Positions 49,119-63,200 of a stretch of DNA of 64,000 nt are shown piece after piece (the stretch's first letter is position 1; each line of letters begins with the position of its first letter). Under the pieces are notes generated by a model, which saw only the letters and a list, made by a program, of their open reading frames with translations, made no database searches and was not told where the DNA came from. Origin of the DNA: Tubulanus polymorphus (Eukaryota; Animalia; Nemertea); contig NC_134029.1 of NCBI RefSeq assembly GCF_964204645.1, forward strand, positions 1,054,001 through 1,118,000. Reading direction: 5' to 3'. Made by a program: the position numbers and the translations under genes.

Positions 49119-52100
49119 ACTTAAGCCACGTAGGCCTTCATCATACGTGGTCACCTCTGTAAGTTGCCATAAGAGATTACCGGAAAAAAACATCAAAACA
49201 AAACAACCATTCATTATTTATTTGCCTTCTTGACTATTGTAAACACACAATAGATTTCTTGATATACTTTATTCTATATGGACTCCGAGAATATTTCTGA
49301 TCATGATCAACTCAAACAACATTCATTTCATTCGATTTACATCATTTATCCTCCCACCAAAATCTTCCAACCACAGCATAAACTATGTTCAATCCTATGA
49401 ACATTAACGCTATTACTAACTTTTTATTTCACAAATCTTTCACATTATATATACAAAGTATTCTAATGTTTTTATGTACAAGTACTTTTCCACTGCAACG
49501 AAAGTCACGACACTACAAACACCAAACGTCGCCAAGTCATCGGAAAAAATCAGACTTTGAAAAGTCACACTTGGACACATGAAGTTTTAAGAATACTATC
49601 ATAATATCAGCTTGTGTAACCTTTGTTTTTATTTGATTGTGTTTTTCAACGCAGTAGTTGAGCTGCTAAAATGACATTATGAGATCCATAGGACACACTT
49701 GCATATCAGTTATCAAGAAACTCCTCTAATTAAATCAGTATCTTCTGAGCAATTGAAAAACACCACAGTAGAATTATTGATATAAAACTCACTATAAACG
49801 AACGAACGATTTAACTGATGTTTATCCATTTATCATCGACTACTGTCAAACTAGATCCCTGAGTTCAGACTTAGGGCCGAATAATGAATGCGGACGCAGT
49901 TTTCGGCTCGCTTGCGGGTGATTTTTCCAGCGCATTTTGCCGTTCGCTTATAAACATGTCACAAACTGTACACCTGGATTCTGGTTGTCGCGGGCAGCGG
50001 GTTAAGATATCAACAAATGTTTTTTCTTTGAACTGTAATTATGTCGCTTTGATAATTGTCGACGCGCAACTACACGCGTGGATTAGATGCTAAACATTCG
50101 GTTGGTCTGTTGGGTTGTGGTTAGTAACGCAAACCAATTTGATAGCAACGAACGTTAGATCCATTATTAATCCACAGTTACAGCGTAAACTCGACATCAC
50201 TAGCAATTATTACGCGTTCAGCGACGTCAACGTTGTGACTGATGCTGCAGAGCTGCAACCAATACGTTTTACTGAGAGAGAGAGAGAGAGAGCCTCCGTT
50301 TGACTCTTGTAAGTACAGTGTGAATGAGAGTTGATAAATCGATGAATTGATGTTGGTGGTGCTGATGCTGCAGCTGCTGCATCATAAACGACGTTTTGCT
50401 TCATCCAGTCTCATCTTCATTGCGTCACAGATTATGTCGTGATCGTGGCCGGTGACGGAGACAGCGGCGCGCGGAAATATAACTGTTTACATCAACGGAT
50501 TAAATCGTACCCTGCAGTTGTCCTATTCGTCCATATAATCCGATGCAGCCAGTCACCCTTTTCATGGATTAACTGAATGTTCGACGCTGAATATTGGACC
50601 GGGGCAGCCTAAAGTACCGCGCACACTGACTATAAAACCGTGAAAATGCTGCTATTGCTGCGGCAACTTCTCAGTTTTATGATCGCTAAATGGAAGCAGT
50701 TCGTCCCGCGTTCAGCTGCCGAAATTATCATCGGAGTATAACGAGCAAGGAAGAAGCTGCTGCCGCCACCGCAGACAGTCACGATGAATGCTTCATCGAA
50801 TGTGATGATGGTGGTCCATGGTAAATATAATCTGTATATTATGCATGTCTATTTCTATTCACTTAGTTTGATAGACGCGTCGGGTCCCTATAGTCTGTTC
50901 TGGTATAGTATAGGCCTATTATAATTTACATGTATATAGGCATACAAACCTGATATTGATGTTGAAATGACCAGCACACAATGTCCAACTGCTTGATATA
51001 TATGATACTCTGTTTTACGATGTATTGATGGGTTGCTAAAAAAGTATTCATAAACTCAAATTGAATCGAAGAAAGTGACTTGATTTTTTTTTGTTTACGC
51101 GCCAAAAGACTATGATTTGAAGATTTGAAAATATCTCAGCGTTTAGGCACAGAAAATAGTTGTTAAACTCATGATTTCAAATAGTTAAAATGTTGATTTC
51201 ATGAAATGCAGTCTTTTCTCATAGTCTCCGTTGCGTGTCTACGTAACTATTTTCTTCTGCCAAAGAAATCATTCATCTATTATTCATATATTACTAGAAC
51301 ACCATCATCGATTTTCTAATTCAAAAACCATTTACAATAAACGTAGTTCTTTGATTAACTAATTTGTAATCTTTATGATTCCACGTAGGTTTCCTGTTCA
51401 AACGTACTCTAAAAACCGTATTTGATTCGATTTGAGGTAAAAGCATATTGGATGTATTGAGCCAAAGGGGACATATCTATCCAATATATAGGCAGAAATT
51501 GCTACGAAAATGAATCTGTGAAAAAATGAACGATCCATATCGTGGCTGATGAGGTCATCTTGCAATTTTTAGCTGACTTTTTACGAAAAAATATTTTACA
51601 ACCTAAAATCAATGAATAACACGGAGAAAGAAACGTTTTTACGCGGCGAAAAATAATCGTGTTTTGAGGGTTACATTTTTTTGGTCATGAATCTGCTGCT
51701 AGAAAAAATAATGTATGATATCGGGAATCGCTTTTCAGCCACCACGTAATCGTGTTTTGAGGATGTAGAATTCTTTTCTTCCTGAATCACTGAATCAGTT
51801 ACAAGAAAGGATGAGGCATGATACCCATAATTAGCCACATAATACATCCATTCCGCCTTCAGAATTGAGTCAATCTTTTGTTGCATTTAAAAAAACTAAT
51901 TAAATTCTTGACTTAATTCAATTAAGATGTAATATTCACGCGAACAGTTATTGTATCAATCGCTTCAGTGGAGATTTTTTCCGTAAATTGGTTTCATCAG
52001 TTTGCATCAGTTCTCTCTTCTCGCCCCCGGTTAGAAACTATTCATCCATTGACTGGATGCATATACACACACACATATACATGACTCAATCCTAACTATC

Positions 52101-54096
52101 ATTACTCGTCGCATTCGCGTCAATATCGGGAAATATCGCGGCTCAAATGAATCTAAAAGCTTCATGTATCTGTACCCGCCCGTGTCCTCAGAATGAGACA
52201 AATATAGTACTTATAAATGGTCGACTCGATTTTAACTAAAAAATACGAACTTTCGCTACTAGTGTACGTTGTAGCTTCAGGTTATAACTGGCATTTCGCC
52301 ACGTGAAAGCCCGTATTTTTTGATGAAATCACTATTTGTCTCTATTTATGCACCGTACGAGAGATCGGTAGTTAGCGAGGAATTAATGTGATGCAGCGAA
52401 CAGTAGTAATCACCGGATAAATAAACATGGATGGATGTATTCTTTCAGAGCAACATCTAACAAAGAGCATATATTGTTTGTGGCCACCAGTATTTGCGCA
52501 AACGTTTCCAATTCTACCCCCAGGTGCCCAATTCAGTTGGTGGAAGATCTCGATGGTCGAGAGCGATTGTTTAGGTCCACGGGAGTTGTTTTCTATCCTC
52601 TCCCAGCTGTGACAAGTGGGCAACGAATACAACTAACACATGGGTTCCTGGTGGAGCTGCCCGACCAGACAGTATGGTAAAATAGATACCCAATTGGTAG
52701 TATAGGTCATGTTTTTGGTGTAGACATTAGTGACATCTTCTTGGGGGGGGGGGGGTCCATCATTAGTTGGTACAAGTGGGCAATGGCTAAATAATAATAG
52801 AAATTATGAATGTCGGGGCCGGTTCTACAGTTATGGCTTAGACTTGACCAGTCTAACACCGGATTAGTTCCATAGCTAATCCGCAACTTAAGACTTTTTG
52901 GGCCTCATTCTCGGCATGGAACCGGTCACTGGTGTTGCAGTTATAGTATCAGGCCTATGAACTAAAATCCAGACAGGGTGAAAAGATCGCTTCTGAAGAA
53001 TCTAAAGTGGCATATTTCAACAAGACTTCGTTCCCGAGTGGCGGTTGTATCCTTACAGACCGTCTGCTAGCAATTCACTGTGTCTTCTGACTGATCCGCT
53101 GTTTCATATAAACACTGATATAATTTGGATAGAGATGCATCTGATATCGGATATTTTTCTTGGTTAGTAAAAACTAGCCGCAGTCCGCATATTAACGAAG
53201 TCTTAACCATCCACCAGAGACCACCAGACTGATCAATAAAGCCGCAATAATACCAGGACTGTCTGTCCCAACTCGGACTGACGATAATTCGGGGGTATTA
53301 ATTTAGGTAACTAGTTTCAACTGATGGTTGAGATGGTAAGCTGGATAGAAAGGATTCATTGTATCTATCCTCAATTCACACGCAAACTCCGTATGCTGCC
53401 AGTTTAGAAAATGTAATTAGAGAAATTAAATTACTGCGCGGGAGTCTCGGTCAGCAGCGCGGCATACGCGTTATAACCAGTGTTAACTAATGCTAGTAAA
53501 TTATTCAAATCACATGTAGAGTTTTCACAGATACCGATATGGTCAACAGTTTGGTACAATATGCGCTCGATTCTCCGAAACCTTAGTCACTCCGTCCATG
53601 TATTCACCAGGACCCAGCGGCATCTGTGACTCAAGTCCAAAACTGAAGACAGTCATAGAAGTTGTAAGATTAGTTATAGAATCAAAATGAGCTGGGACTG
53701 GTCGTCAAGTCTCAAGTTACTAGAAATGAGTTTAGACTGGTCTGGTTGTTAGATTGACTATAGAACCAAATTCATAACTTTTACAAACTAAAGTCTTGTC
53801 CGTGCGACATTTCACTACAGTAGATCTGTACGCTAATCTAGAAAGAATAACTTGCCCGCGAACTAAAAAAATAGAAACTAAAAGCAAACGTGATATCTTT
53901 GAATTTGACAATCTTATCGGTGCAATATGAACGTATTTCGTAATATTTCGTAATATTCGAAATATTTCATTTATTTGATCAGATCAATGAATGTCAAGTT
54001 AGGAGTGAGTGACACATGACTGGCAAAAGTAAACACGGTATTGAAAATGAAAATGTTGACTGAGACAGTAAGATTTAATTAAGTCTTCTCTCTAAG

Positions 54097-54123
54097 AGCT
54101 GCTGCTGCTGCTGCTGCAGCTGA

Positions 54124-54162
<39 letters not shown>

Positions 54163-54175
54163 TGCCGCTGATCCT
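54097..54175. repeat. (GCT)n trinucleotide microsatellite
   Basis: Interrupted GCT/CTG run of ~25 units. Confidence 0.9.
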
Positions 54176-54757
54176 ATCGATGTATTTCTGTAATTAAATG
54201 ATTTTAGATATTCCAGTTGATTAATGATGACTATATACATATGTATAAATCTATCTCTAGTCGTCGCGAGTAATTTTATTGAAGTCCGATAGTTCTCACG
54301 ACGACGTCGCTCCCCCTCCCTCACCCCTCCCTCTCACCCCTCCCTCTCACCCATCCCTCTCATTCCTCTCCCTCGTCACTCGTCATGGCGAGTTTGACGA
54401 TATTGCAGTTTTACGCGTAGAAATGACGATCATTGCTACTTAGACTGTAATGAAATCCTGTCATGAAATGCCCCCAATAAAACATGTCTCGGCGTTGGTT
54501 TCGAAGTGCTCTTCAACACCAAAATATTTCCAAGTAATTCCCACACATTTACACCGAATTAGGTTCCCGAAAGATGCCTTTTACTGGTGGCGGAAATATT
54601 GCCCTTCTTGGAATTGAAATTCCTGGCAAGGGGCGTGATAAAACACCGATTGGATATCAACTATAGCAATAAACAACTAGTCACCACACCTGACTGGTCT
54701 CAGCAGCTAAATGGGCGCCTACACTCACCAGACAAACTTACAAAGATCTGTCAGCAC

Positions 54758-54830
54758 GACTTGTTGGTTTAGTGGTTAGCACGCAGTATTAGCAAACCGG
54801 AGTTCTCAGGATCGAATCCTGCTAGGTTCA
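54758..54830 (+). mobile_element. tRNA-derived SINE head (degenerate)
   Basis: A-box TGGTTTAGTGG and B-box GGATCGAATCC; no clean cloverleaf. Confidence 0.55.
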
Positions 54831-57800
54831 GGGTTGACTAATTAATTTTTTTCAGCCTTCTTCAGGTCGGTTGTGCAGTTTCAGCAAATATTTTTGAAAC
54901 AGTCCAGTGTTGACTGTGGTCTAATTGAATAACAAAACTTCGATTGGGATACCGCGTCGAATCGTATTCAGATTTCATTAACTGGACATTATGTTTTGCA
55001 TCAGCCTCAGTTCACCAATTAGATTTTAAGACAAACCCAAACTTTGTTTACGGCACTATAAAGGACTATGAAATTCAATTGATTGAATATGATAGATTGA
55101 ATATACATTTTTCAAGATTTTCTGGGGACAGAATGGCTTTTGCAATAGAGTGTTCAGAAACCGGGCATCCTTTGCCCTTTTCATAATCTTATACTGTCCC
55201 TTTTATTGGGACGAATATCACATACAATACAACCAGAACCCCAGTTTCGCAGTTCTCGTGTTTTTTCAAATCAGTTCATTTTCAATGTTTCGACCTCGGG
55301 GTCAAATCCTAATCGTGCTGGTCGAATCAGAGGTTGAAATAATGAGTGAAGAATCTGATGCATACAACCTTGAGTACATTCCCTGTAATCACGATGTGAC
55401 CGTTGCCGTTGCTGCTGCTGAGACAGAGCTCTTCACAGATAGATGACAGCACAGTTTACTGATCGACCACACCGACACACAACTCCCCACACGAATATAT
55501 GGTGATTTATTAAAGAAACAATTGTTAATATTCATCCCTCGAACTGCGGATATATACCCAAGAGGTCTACAAAATCAAATTAATCTTTAATCGGCTTTCA
55601 GGGATTATCAAGTTTCTTTCCGAGTTGTTGTCGTATTCAGCTCTCTCTAATACCCGGTCTGATAGGCTTTGTTGTTCGCGGGTAACTGGACACCTTCCGC
55701 ATAGATCCAGGGTCCGCCGGCTTTCCACTGGATCACCATAACACTGAACACAAAGCTTTTGATCGTGTTTTGATTATTTATGTTATTTACAATATTCCGC
55801 GCATCTCTAACTTATACTACGTATATAAGCTTATGTTCAGAAGAAAATGAAAGATTCAAATGATATTAGATATCTAAAAGATGTTATATTTGTTCAGACG
55901 GAAAATAATGAGACACTTTTTAATCCCTAGAATGGGAACACATACACTAAAATTTTCAATTCTTCAAAAGTTCCGGTATTCAACCTTAAAAGTATTTCAG
56001 GAAACTGTTCTTTTTTTATAAAACCAAATAAGATCCGCAAATTTTCTGTTGTTAAAAATAGAAGGAAATGTCAACTAAATCGGTTGGACGATTTGGCAAA
56101 ATCGAGGATTTAATATGAATTCGAAGTTTCATGATTCGCCTTTTGTGCAATGGCTTAAATTTCAAAATATGACTTTTATGAATGACGGCTTACTTCACTT
56201 GAACATTTGAATTCAATTGAACTCAGATTTGAAGAAGCCACACATATTTCTGTCGCGCCATTACTGTTGACTGAAGTACTCGAATTGTACGTATGAGTAC
56301 TGTGTGAGATACAGTACAGGAACAGTAGTGAGTGAGCCCTGTTTGTACCAGAGTCAGTCAGGTGACGTCACACACACTGTACACCGTACTCGACACTAAC
56401 ATGGCGCTGATCACTGGGAGAAGCAGGATGAGATGACAGCGCGATGAATATCATCGGTTTACTCGTCAATTTCGTCTCTTAATGAAGGATTATCAACATG
56501 TATTTAAAGTGCGAGTTATACTGGATAAATGTAGCTTAAAATAAGCGATGTCGTTACTTTGTGTTTGTGGTAAGTAATGCCGAAGAGATGGAGAGGGAAC
56601 GGGGAACTGTAGCACTGTGTACAGTTGGCATAAATCCAGCATCCGCAGTTCACTCACTGTCTCGTCGTGCTATGTTGTATCCACATTCAATCCCGTGTCA
56701 TCTATAACTGCAGCTGTTGCTGTATGTTAGTTACTGAAGGTTATGAATATTTTTGGTTCATCATCGTGATCTTATATTAGACTTAATAGACAGTGACCAG
56801 AAACCAATGACTCCGGTACCGGGTAGCAGCACATTGTGAATACCTCAACTGTACAAACTGACTATTACTGAATGAATAGGTCATTCTAAATCTTGAGATC
56901 TTCGAAATCTCATCACCTAAGGATCCCTCTTTAAATCCTATAGGCTACTAAATAGACCTATTCAAATTAAAGTTTTAGACCTTATCGAGTGGAGCACCAG
57001 ACATTGACTGTGTGGAACCCCATATTCTGAGTGTGAAGGGCTTAGTTTTGAATAGGTTATGATAAAGTATATTACTAGACTACAACTGTCTATCCCCAGA
57101 TAGGCTCCCAGGGGGTTGGGGGTCTTCTTATGATATGATATGATCTATGTTGTAGATAGTAAATTTTTATGAATAAAATAATGACACTTTTCATAAATTC
57201 TGCAGGGCGAAAGTCTACAAATTCAGTCTAATATACTTGTTACTGCTTGACTGAGTAGCTTTGTTTAATTAACCTTTCACAACCTAATTAAATGTTGACT
57301 CAAACTCAACACATATGAAATTTACTATTACTGTTTACAGAAGCAGTTGATTATATTTACATCATCAATACATTTACGTATTCTATAGAAAATACTGTAG
57401 ACATTTGTGTGAAAATAGAGAAACTGTGTGTAATTCATATTCTGAATTTAATTCATTCATTCATTCTATAATGTGTTCAGTATGAAAGGATCTTTCTATG
57501 AGTTTTATCTCATTTTATTTTTTTCTGAAGCACTCGATACTAACCAATACCAGTTAGAATTAAAGTGTTAAATGAATGATTATTCAGTCAGTTCAAATTT
57601 ACTAACCTGAAATACAATTATATGAATTATATGTTTTTGTACTAACTAAATATGTGCTTGTCACAGAAGTTTTAGAGAACACCTGAATTCTGTTATTATG
57701 AAGGCGGGTGTTTAGCTAACAACTGTTGTCATGTGAAGATACTGTTAATTATTGCCTTCCGTTCCAAGGATTCATTTCCCTCTTGAATTCATGCTGAATA

Positions 57801-58107
57801 TTAACAACATTTAAATGAATAGATACAATACACATTCAGGCTGTATTTGCCCAGTTTATTGTGTAAAACGGTCAAGGTTTTTTCTTTTGAAAATAACGAT
57901 AAACTTGCATCATTTTCAATAAATGAAATCTAGTAAAATTTTGATAACGCTGTGAGCTATATATGAACTCCACAAGTATTTTAAACTCAATCCACTAATC
58001 GGTAAAGTCTACAATCTTCTTAATGCACCAAATATGACTTAAACGTCTTCCAAGATTTTCTAGAGCAGGATCCATTTGTGCTTCCAGTTCTTGCCATGAG
58101 GGGATTT

Positions 58108-58246
58108 TAAATTCATTTCATTTCATTTCATTTATTTGACAAACCTATGATAATTTATAATACAAAGACAACAGGTTATAACGTTATAACATACGTTTGT
58201 CAGGGGATTCAAAAAATCCGTTAGGATTGTCCAGTTGAATCCCCGA
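58108..58246 (-). mobile_element. Probable 3' end of a LINE/SINE (stem-loop plus microsatellite tail)
   Basis: Stem GGGGATTCAA...TTGAATCCCC (58203-58244), followed on the minus strand by AATAAA and a (TGAAA)n tail, as in CR1/L2-type 3' ends. Confidence 0.45.
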
Positions 58247-59126
58247 ACAAATTTGGCCACTTCAAGATCTATCGCCCATGTACTGTCTTGAAACTAGGGG
58301 TCTCTGGACTACATAACTAACTCTTAACTTTTGTATCTTTATTATCAAGCAACTTGCTGCAGCTGTCATAGATGTGATGATCAATATGTTGATGATTCAT
58401 CATCCAAATGATATATTACACTTAGTAAATTGAATTGGAAAAACAAATTGAGACTGAAAACTAGATATGACTTCAGTAATGTGACGACTTATTGAAATGA
58501 TGACTTACACTTAATCAATAGAATTGGAAACAAAATTGAGGTTCAAAGATAAAGACAACATCAGTAATTATGTGATGACTTATCAGTTAAATGGTAATAA
58601 GTTTGTATTTCTAATTTTGTTAATTGTTTTATGTTTTTCAGTGAAGAAGGCCAGGTTGAGTGGAACACCAGGTATGTATGATCAATCAGAACACATTTCA
58701 CGTCAGGTTTCAAACATCTTCACGATGGATTATATCTATCTGTACAGACTTACCAGAGAAAGGTTTCATATATACATAATATATAAATAAAATCAATAAT
58801 CAATATCTATATATAGGTCATATATTAACGATTATTGATTAGATGATGACCACAGCATCTCGACAGTAGCGGTATCATCATCACTAGCCCCTCAGGTTTA
58901 TTACTCTGTTTATTACTCGCTAGTACACACATGTGCGTAGTGCGTCTAGTATCACTGACACATCATGTTCAATATTTTATACGTTTATATAAAGGTCATC
59001 ATTATAGATTTAGAATATTTGATTTATTATTAATACGACTAACGGATATAGGCTTAATTAATGAATCTTTCTTGAATGAGAATATGAGAACCTTTTCCTG
59101 TCTTTCTGTTCTTCCTTCCATTTCCT

Positions 59127-59703
59127 TTGGTTTGTGGTATGAGTGGTTTATGGTATGAGTGGTTTATGGTATGAGTGGTTTGTGGTATGGGTGGTTTGTG
59201 GTATGAGTGGTTTATGGTATGGGTGGTTTGTGGTATGAGTGGTGGTTTGTGGTATGAATGGTTTGTGGTATGAGTGGTGCTTTATGGTATGAGTGGTGAG
59301 TGGTTTGAGGTATGAGTAGTTTATGGTATGAGTGGTTTGTAGTATGAGTGGTATGGGTGGTTTATGGTATGAGTGGTGGTTTGTGGTATGAGTGATTTGT
59401 GGTATGAGTGGTGGTATGAGTGGTTTGTGGTATAAGTGGTTTGAGTGGTGATATGAGTGGTTTGAGTGGTGGTATGAGAGGTTTGAGTGGTGGTATGAGA
59501 GGTTTGAGTGGTGGTATGAGAGGTTTGAGTGGTGGTATGAGAGGTTTGAGTGGTGGTATGAGTGGTTTGTGGTATGAGTGGTTTGAGTGGTGGTATGAGT
59601 GGTTTGAGGGGTGGTATGAGAGGTTTGTGGTATGAGTGGTTTGAGTGGTGGTATGAGTGGTTTGAGTGGTTTGTGGTATGAGTGGTGGTATGAGAGGTTT
59701 GAG
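59127..59703. repeat. G/T-rich degenerate tandem repeat (GGTATGAGTGGTTT[GT/AT/GAGT])n
   Basis: Repeating 16-21-bp variants of TGGTATGAGTGGTTT; almost no C on the plus strand. Confidence 0.9.
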
Positions 59704-60212
59704 TACCGGTAGTTTAGCTATGATTACTGAATAAACAGTAATTATTTAGACATCGATGCTTTCTCTCGGTTCAAATAACGAAACCCAGTAAAAATTACTG
59801 ATGCACATCGCGTCCAATAAAGCATCGAATATTCCGCAAAATAGTCTCCATTTTGATTCGTTGTTCGTAATTGAGGACATGAGGAAACCTTAGTCGCAAA
59901 TCACGTCGCGGCAATTGTGACGTCATTGATGCCTCGTTGTTTGTATCCAGGGATACCATAACAATACAGAAAAAACTGATGGTTTTAAAGCGGAAATATA
60001 GATAGCTAAAACGAAACAAACTGGTTCGGTGGTTCGGTCGTTCGGTTGAATCATGTTGTAGTATCTGTCTATAACTGGTGGTGGGCGGTTTATCGATATC
60101 TGATAATCATCATTTCAACATCAATATAATATTATTGATTGAATTATCCTTAGATTCACCTGTTATTGATAAAACCATCATCTTTTACTGTCGCTCATTT
60201 CACTACAATATC

Positions 60213-63200
60213 CTACCTCACTTTAACTCCTTACCCCCTGTCTACCTCACTCTCACTCCTTACCCCCTGTCTACCTCACTCTCCCTCACTCTCACTCCTT
60301 ACCCCCTGTCTACCTCACTCTCACTCACTCCCACTCCTTACCCCCTGTCTACCTCACTCTCACTCACTCCCACTCCTTACCCCCTGTCTACCTCACTCTC
60401 ACTCACTCTCACTCCTTACCCCCTGTCTACCTCACTCTCACTCTCACTCCTTACCCCCTGTCTCCCTCACTCTCACTCACTCTCACTCCTTACCCCCTGT
60501 CTACCTCACTCTCACTCCTTACCCCCTGTCTACCTCACTCTCACTCTCACTCCTTACCCCCTGTCTACCTCACTCTCACTCACTCTCACTCCTTACCCCC
60601 TGTCTACCTCACTCTCACTCCTTACCCCCTGTCTACCTCACTCTCACTCACTCCCACTCCTTACCCCCTGTCTACCTCACTCTCACTCACTCCCACTCCT
60701 TACCCCCTGTCTACCTCACTCTCACTCACTCTCACTCCTTACCCCCTGTCTACCTCACTCTCACTCTCACTCCTTACCCCCTGTCTCCCTCACTCTCCCT
60801 CACTCTCACTCCTTACCCCCTGTCTACCTCACTCTCACTCTCACTCCTTACCCCCTGTCTACCTCACTCTCACTCACTCTCACTCCTTACCCCCTGTCTA
60901 CCTCACTCTCACTCTCACTCCTTACCCCCTGTCTACCTCACTCTCACTCACTCCCACTCCTTACCCCCTGTCTACCTCACTCTCCCTCACTCTCACTCCT
61001 TACCCCCTGTCTACCTCACTCTCACTCCTAACCCCCTGTCTACCTCACTCTCCCTCACTCTCACTCCTTACCCCCTGTCTACCTCACTCTCACTCTCACT
61101 CCTTACCCCCTGTCTACCTCACTCTCACTCCTTACCCCCTGCCTACCTCACTCTCACTCCTTACCCCCTGTCTACCTCACTCTCACTCACTCTCACTCCT
61201 TACCCCCTGTCTACCTCACTCTCCCTCACTCTCACTCCTTACTCCCTGTCTACCTCACTCTCCCTCACTCTCACTCCTTACCCCCTGTCTACCTCACTCT
61301 CCCTCACTCTCACTCCTTACCCCCTGTCTACCTCACTCTCACTCACTCTCACTCCTTACCCCCTGTCTACCTCACTCTCCCTCACTCTCACTCCTTACCC
61401 CCTGTCTACCTCACTCTCACTCTCACTCCTTACCCCTGTCTACCTCACTCTCCCTCACTCTCACTCCTTACCCCCTGTCTACCTCACTCTCACTCACTCT
61501 CACTCCTTACCCCCTGTCTACCTCACTCTCCCTCACTCTCACTCCTTACCCCCTGTCTACCTCACTCTCCCTCACTCTCACTCCTTACTCCCTGTCTACC
61601 TCACTCTCACTCCTTACCCCCTGTCTACCTCACTCTCCCTCCTTACTCCCTGTCTACCTCACTCTCACTCTCACTCCTTACCCCCTGTCTACCTCACTCT
61701 CACTCCTTACCCCCTGTCTACCTCACTCTCACTCACTCTCACTCCTTACCCCCTGTCTACCTCACTCTCCCTCACTCTCACTCCTTACTCCCTGTCTACC
61801 TCACTCTCACTCCTTACCCCCTGTCTACCTCACTCTCCCTCACTCTCACTCCTTACCCCCTGTCTACCTCACTCTCCCTCACTCTCACTCCTTACCCCCT
61901 GTCTACCTCACTCTCACTCACTCTCACTCCTTACTCCCTGTCTACCTCACTCTCCCTCACTCTCACTCCTTACCCCCTGTCTACCTCACTCTCACTCCTT
62001 ACCCCCTGTCTCCCTCACTCTCCCTCACTCTCACTCCTTACCCCCTGTCTACCTCACTCTCACTCACTCTCACTCCTTACCCCCTGTCTACCTCACTCTC
62101 CCTCACTCTCACTCCTTACCCCCTGTCTACCTCACTCTCCCTCACTCTCACTCCTTACCCCCTGTCTACCTCACTCTCACTCACTCTCACTCCTTACCCC
62201 CTGTCTACCTCACTCTCCCTCACTCTCACTCCTTACCCCCTGTCTACCTCACTCTCACTCACTCTCACTCCTTACCCCCTGTCTACCTCACTCTCCCTCA
62301 CTCTCACTCCTTACCCCCTGTCTACCTCACTCTCCCTCACTCTCACTCCTTACCCCCTGTCTACCTCACTCTCACTCACTCTCACTCCTTACCCCCTGTC
62401 TACCTCACTCTCCCTCACTCTCACTCCTTACCCCCTGTCTACCTCACTCTCACTCACTCTCACTCCTTACCCCCTGTCTACCTCACTCTCCCTCACTCTC
62501 ACTCCTTACCCCCTGTCTACCTCACTCTCACTCACTCTCACTCCTTACTCCCTGTCTACCTCACTCTCACTCACTCTCACTCCTTACCCCCTGTCTACCT
62601 CACTCTCCCTCACTCTCACTCCTTACCCCCTGTCTACCTCACTCTCCCTCACTCTCACTCCTTACCCCCTGTCTACCTCACTCTCACTCACTCTCACTCC
62701 TTACCCCCTGTCTACCTCACTCTCCCTCACTCTCACTCCTTACCCCCTGTCTACCTCACTCTCCCTCACTCTCACTCCTTACCCCCTGTCTACCTCACTC
62801 TCACTCACTCTCACTCCTTACCCCCTGTCTACCTCACTCTCACTCACTCCTTACCCCCTGTCTACCTCACTCTCCCTCACTCTCACTCCTTACCCCCTGT
62901 CTACCTCACTCTCTCTCACTCTCACTCCTTACCCCCTGTCTACCTCACTCTCACTCACTCTCACTCCTTACCCCCTGTCTACCTCACTCTCACTCACTCT
63001 CACTCCTTACCCCCTGTCTCCCTCACTCTCCCTCACTCTCACTCCTTACCCCCTGTCTACCTCACTCTCCCTCACTCTCACTCCTTACCCCCTGTCTACC
63101 TCACTCTCCCTCACTCTCACTCCTTACCCCCTGTCTACCTCACTCTCACTCACTCTCACTCCTTACCCCCTGTCTACCTCACTCTCTCTCACTCTCACTC

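Larger units (their letters stand above)
50690..58671 (+). other. Probable 5' exons of an unidentified large-intron gene continuing beyond the window
   Basis: GC-richer first-exon-like regions end in donors at 50820|GTAAAT and 56569|GTAAGT (the latter has CRE TGACGTCA at ~56363). A 30-nt exon 58642-58671 has strong TTTTTCAG| and |GTATGT sites. Confidence 0.45.
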
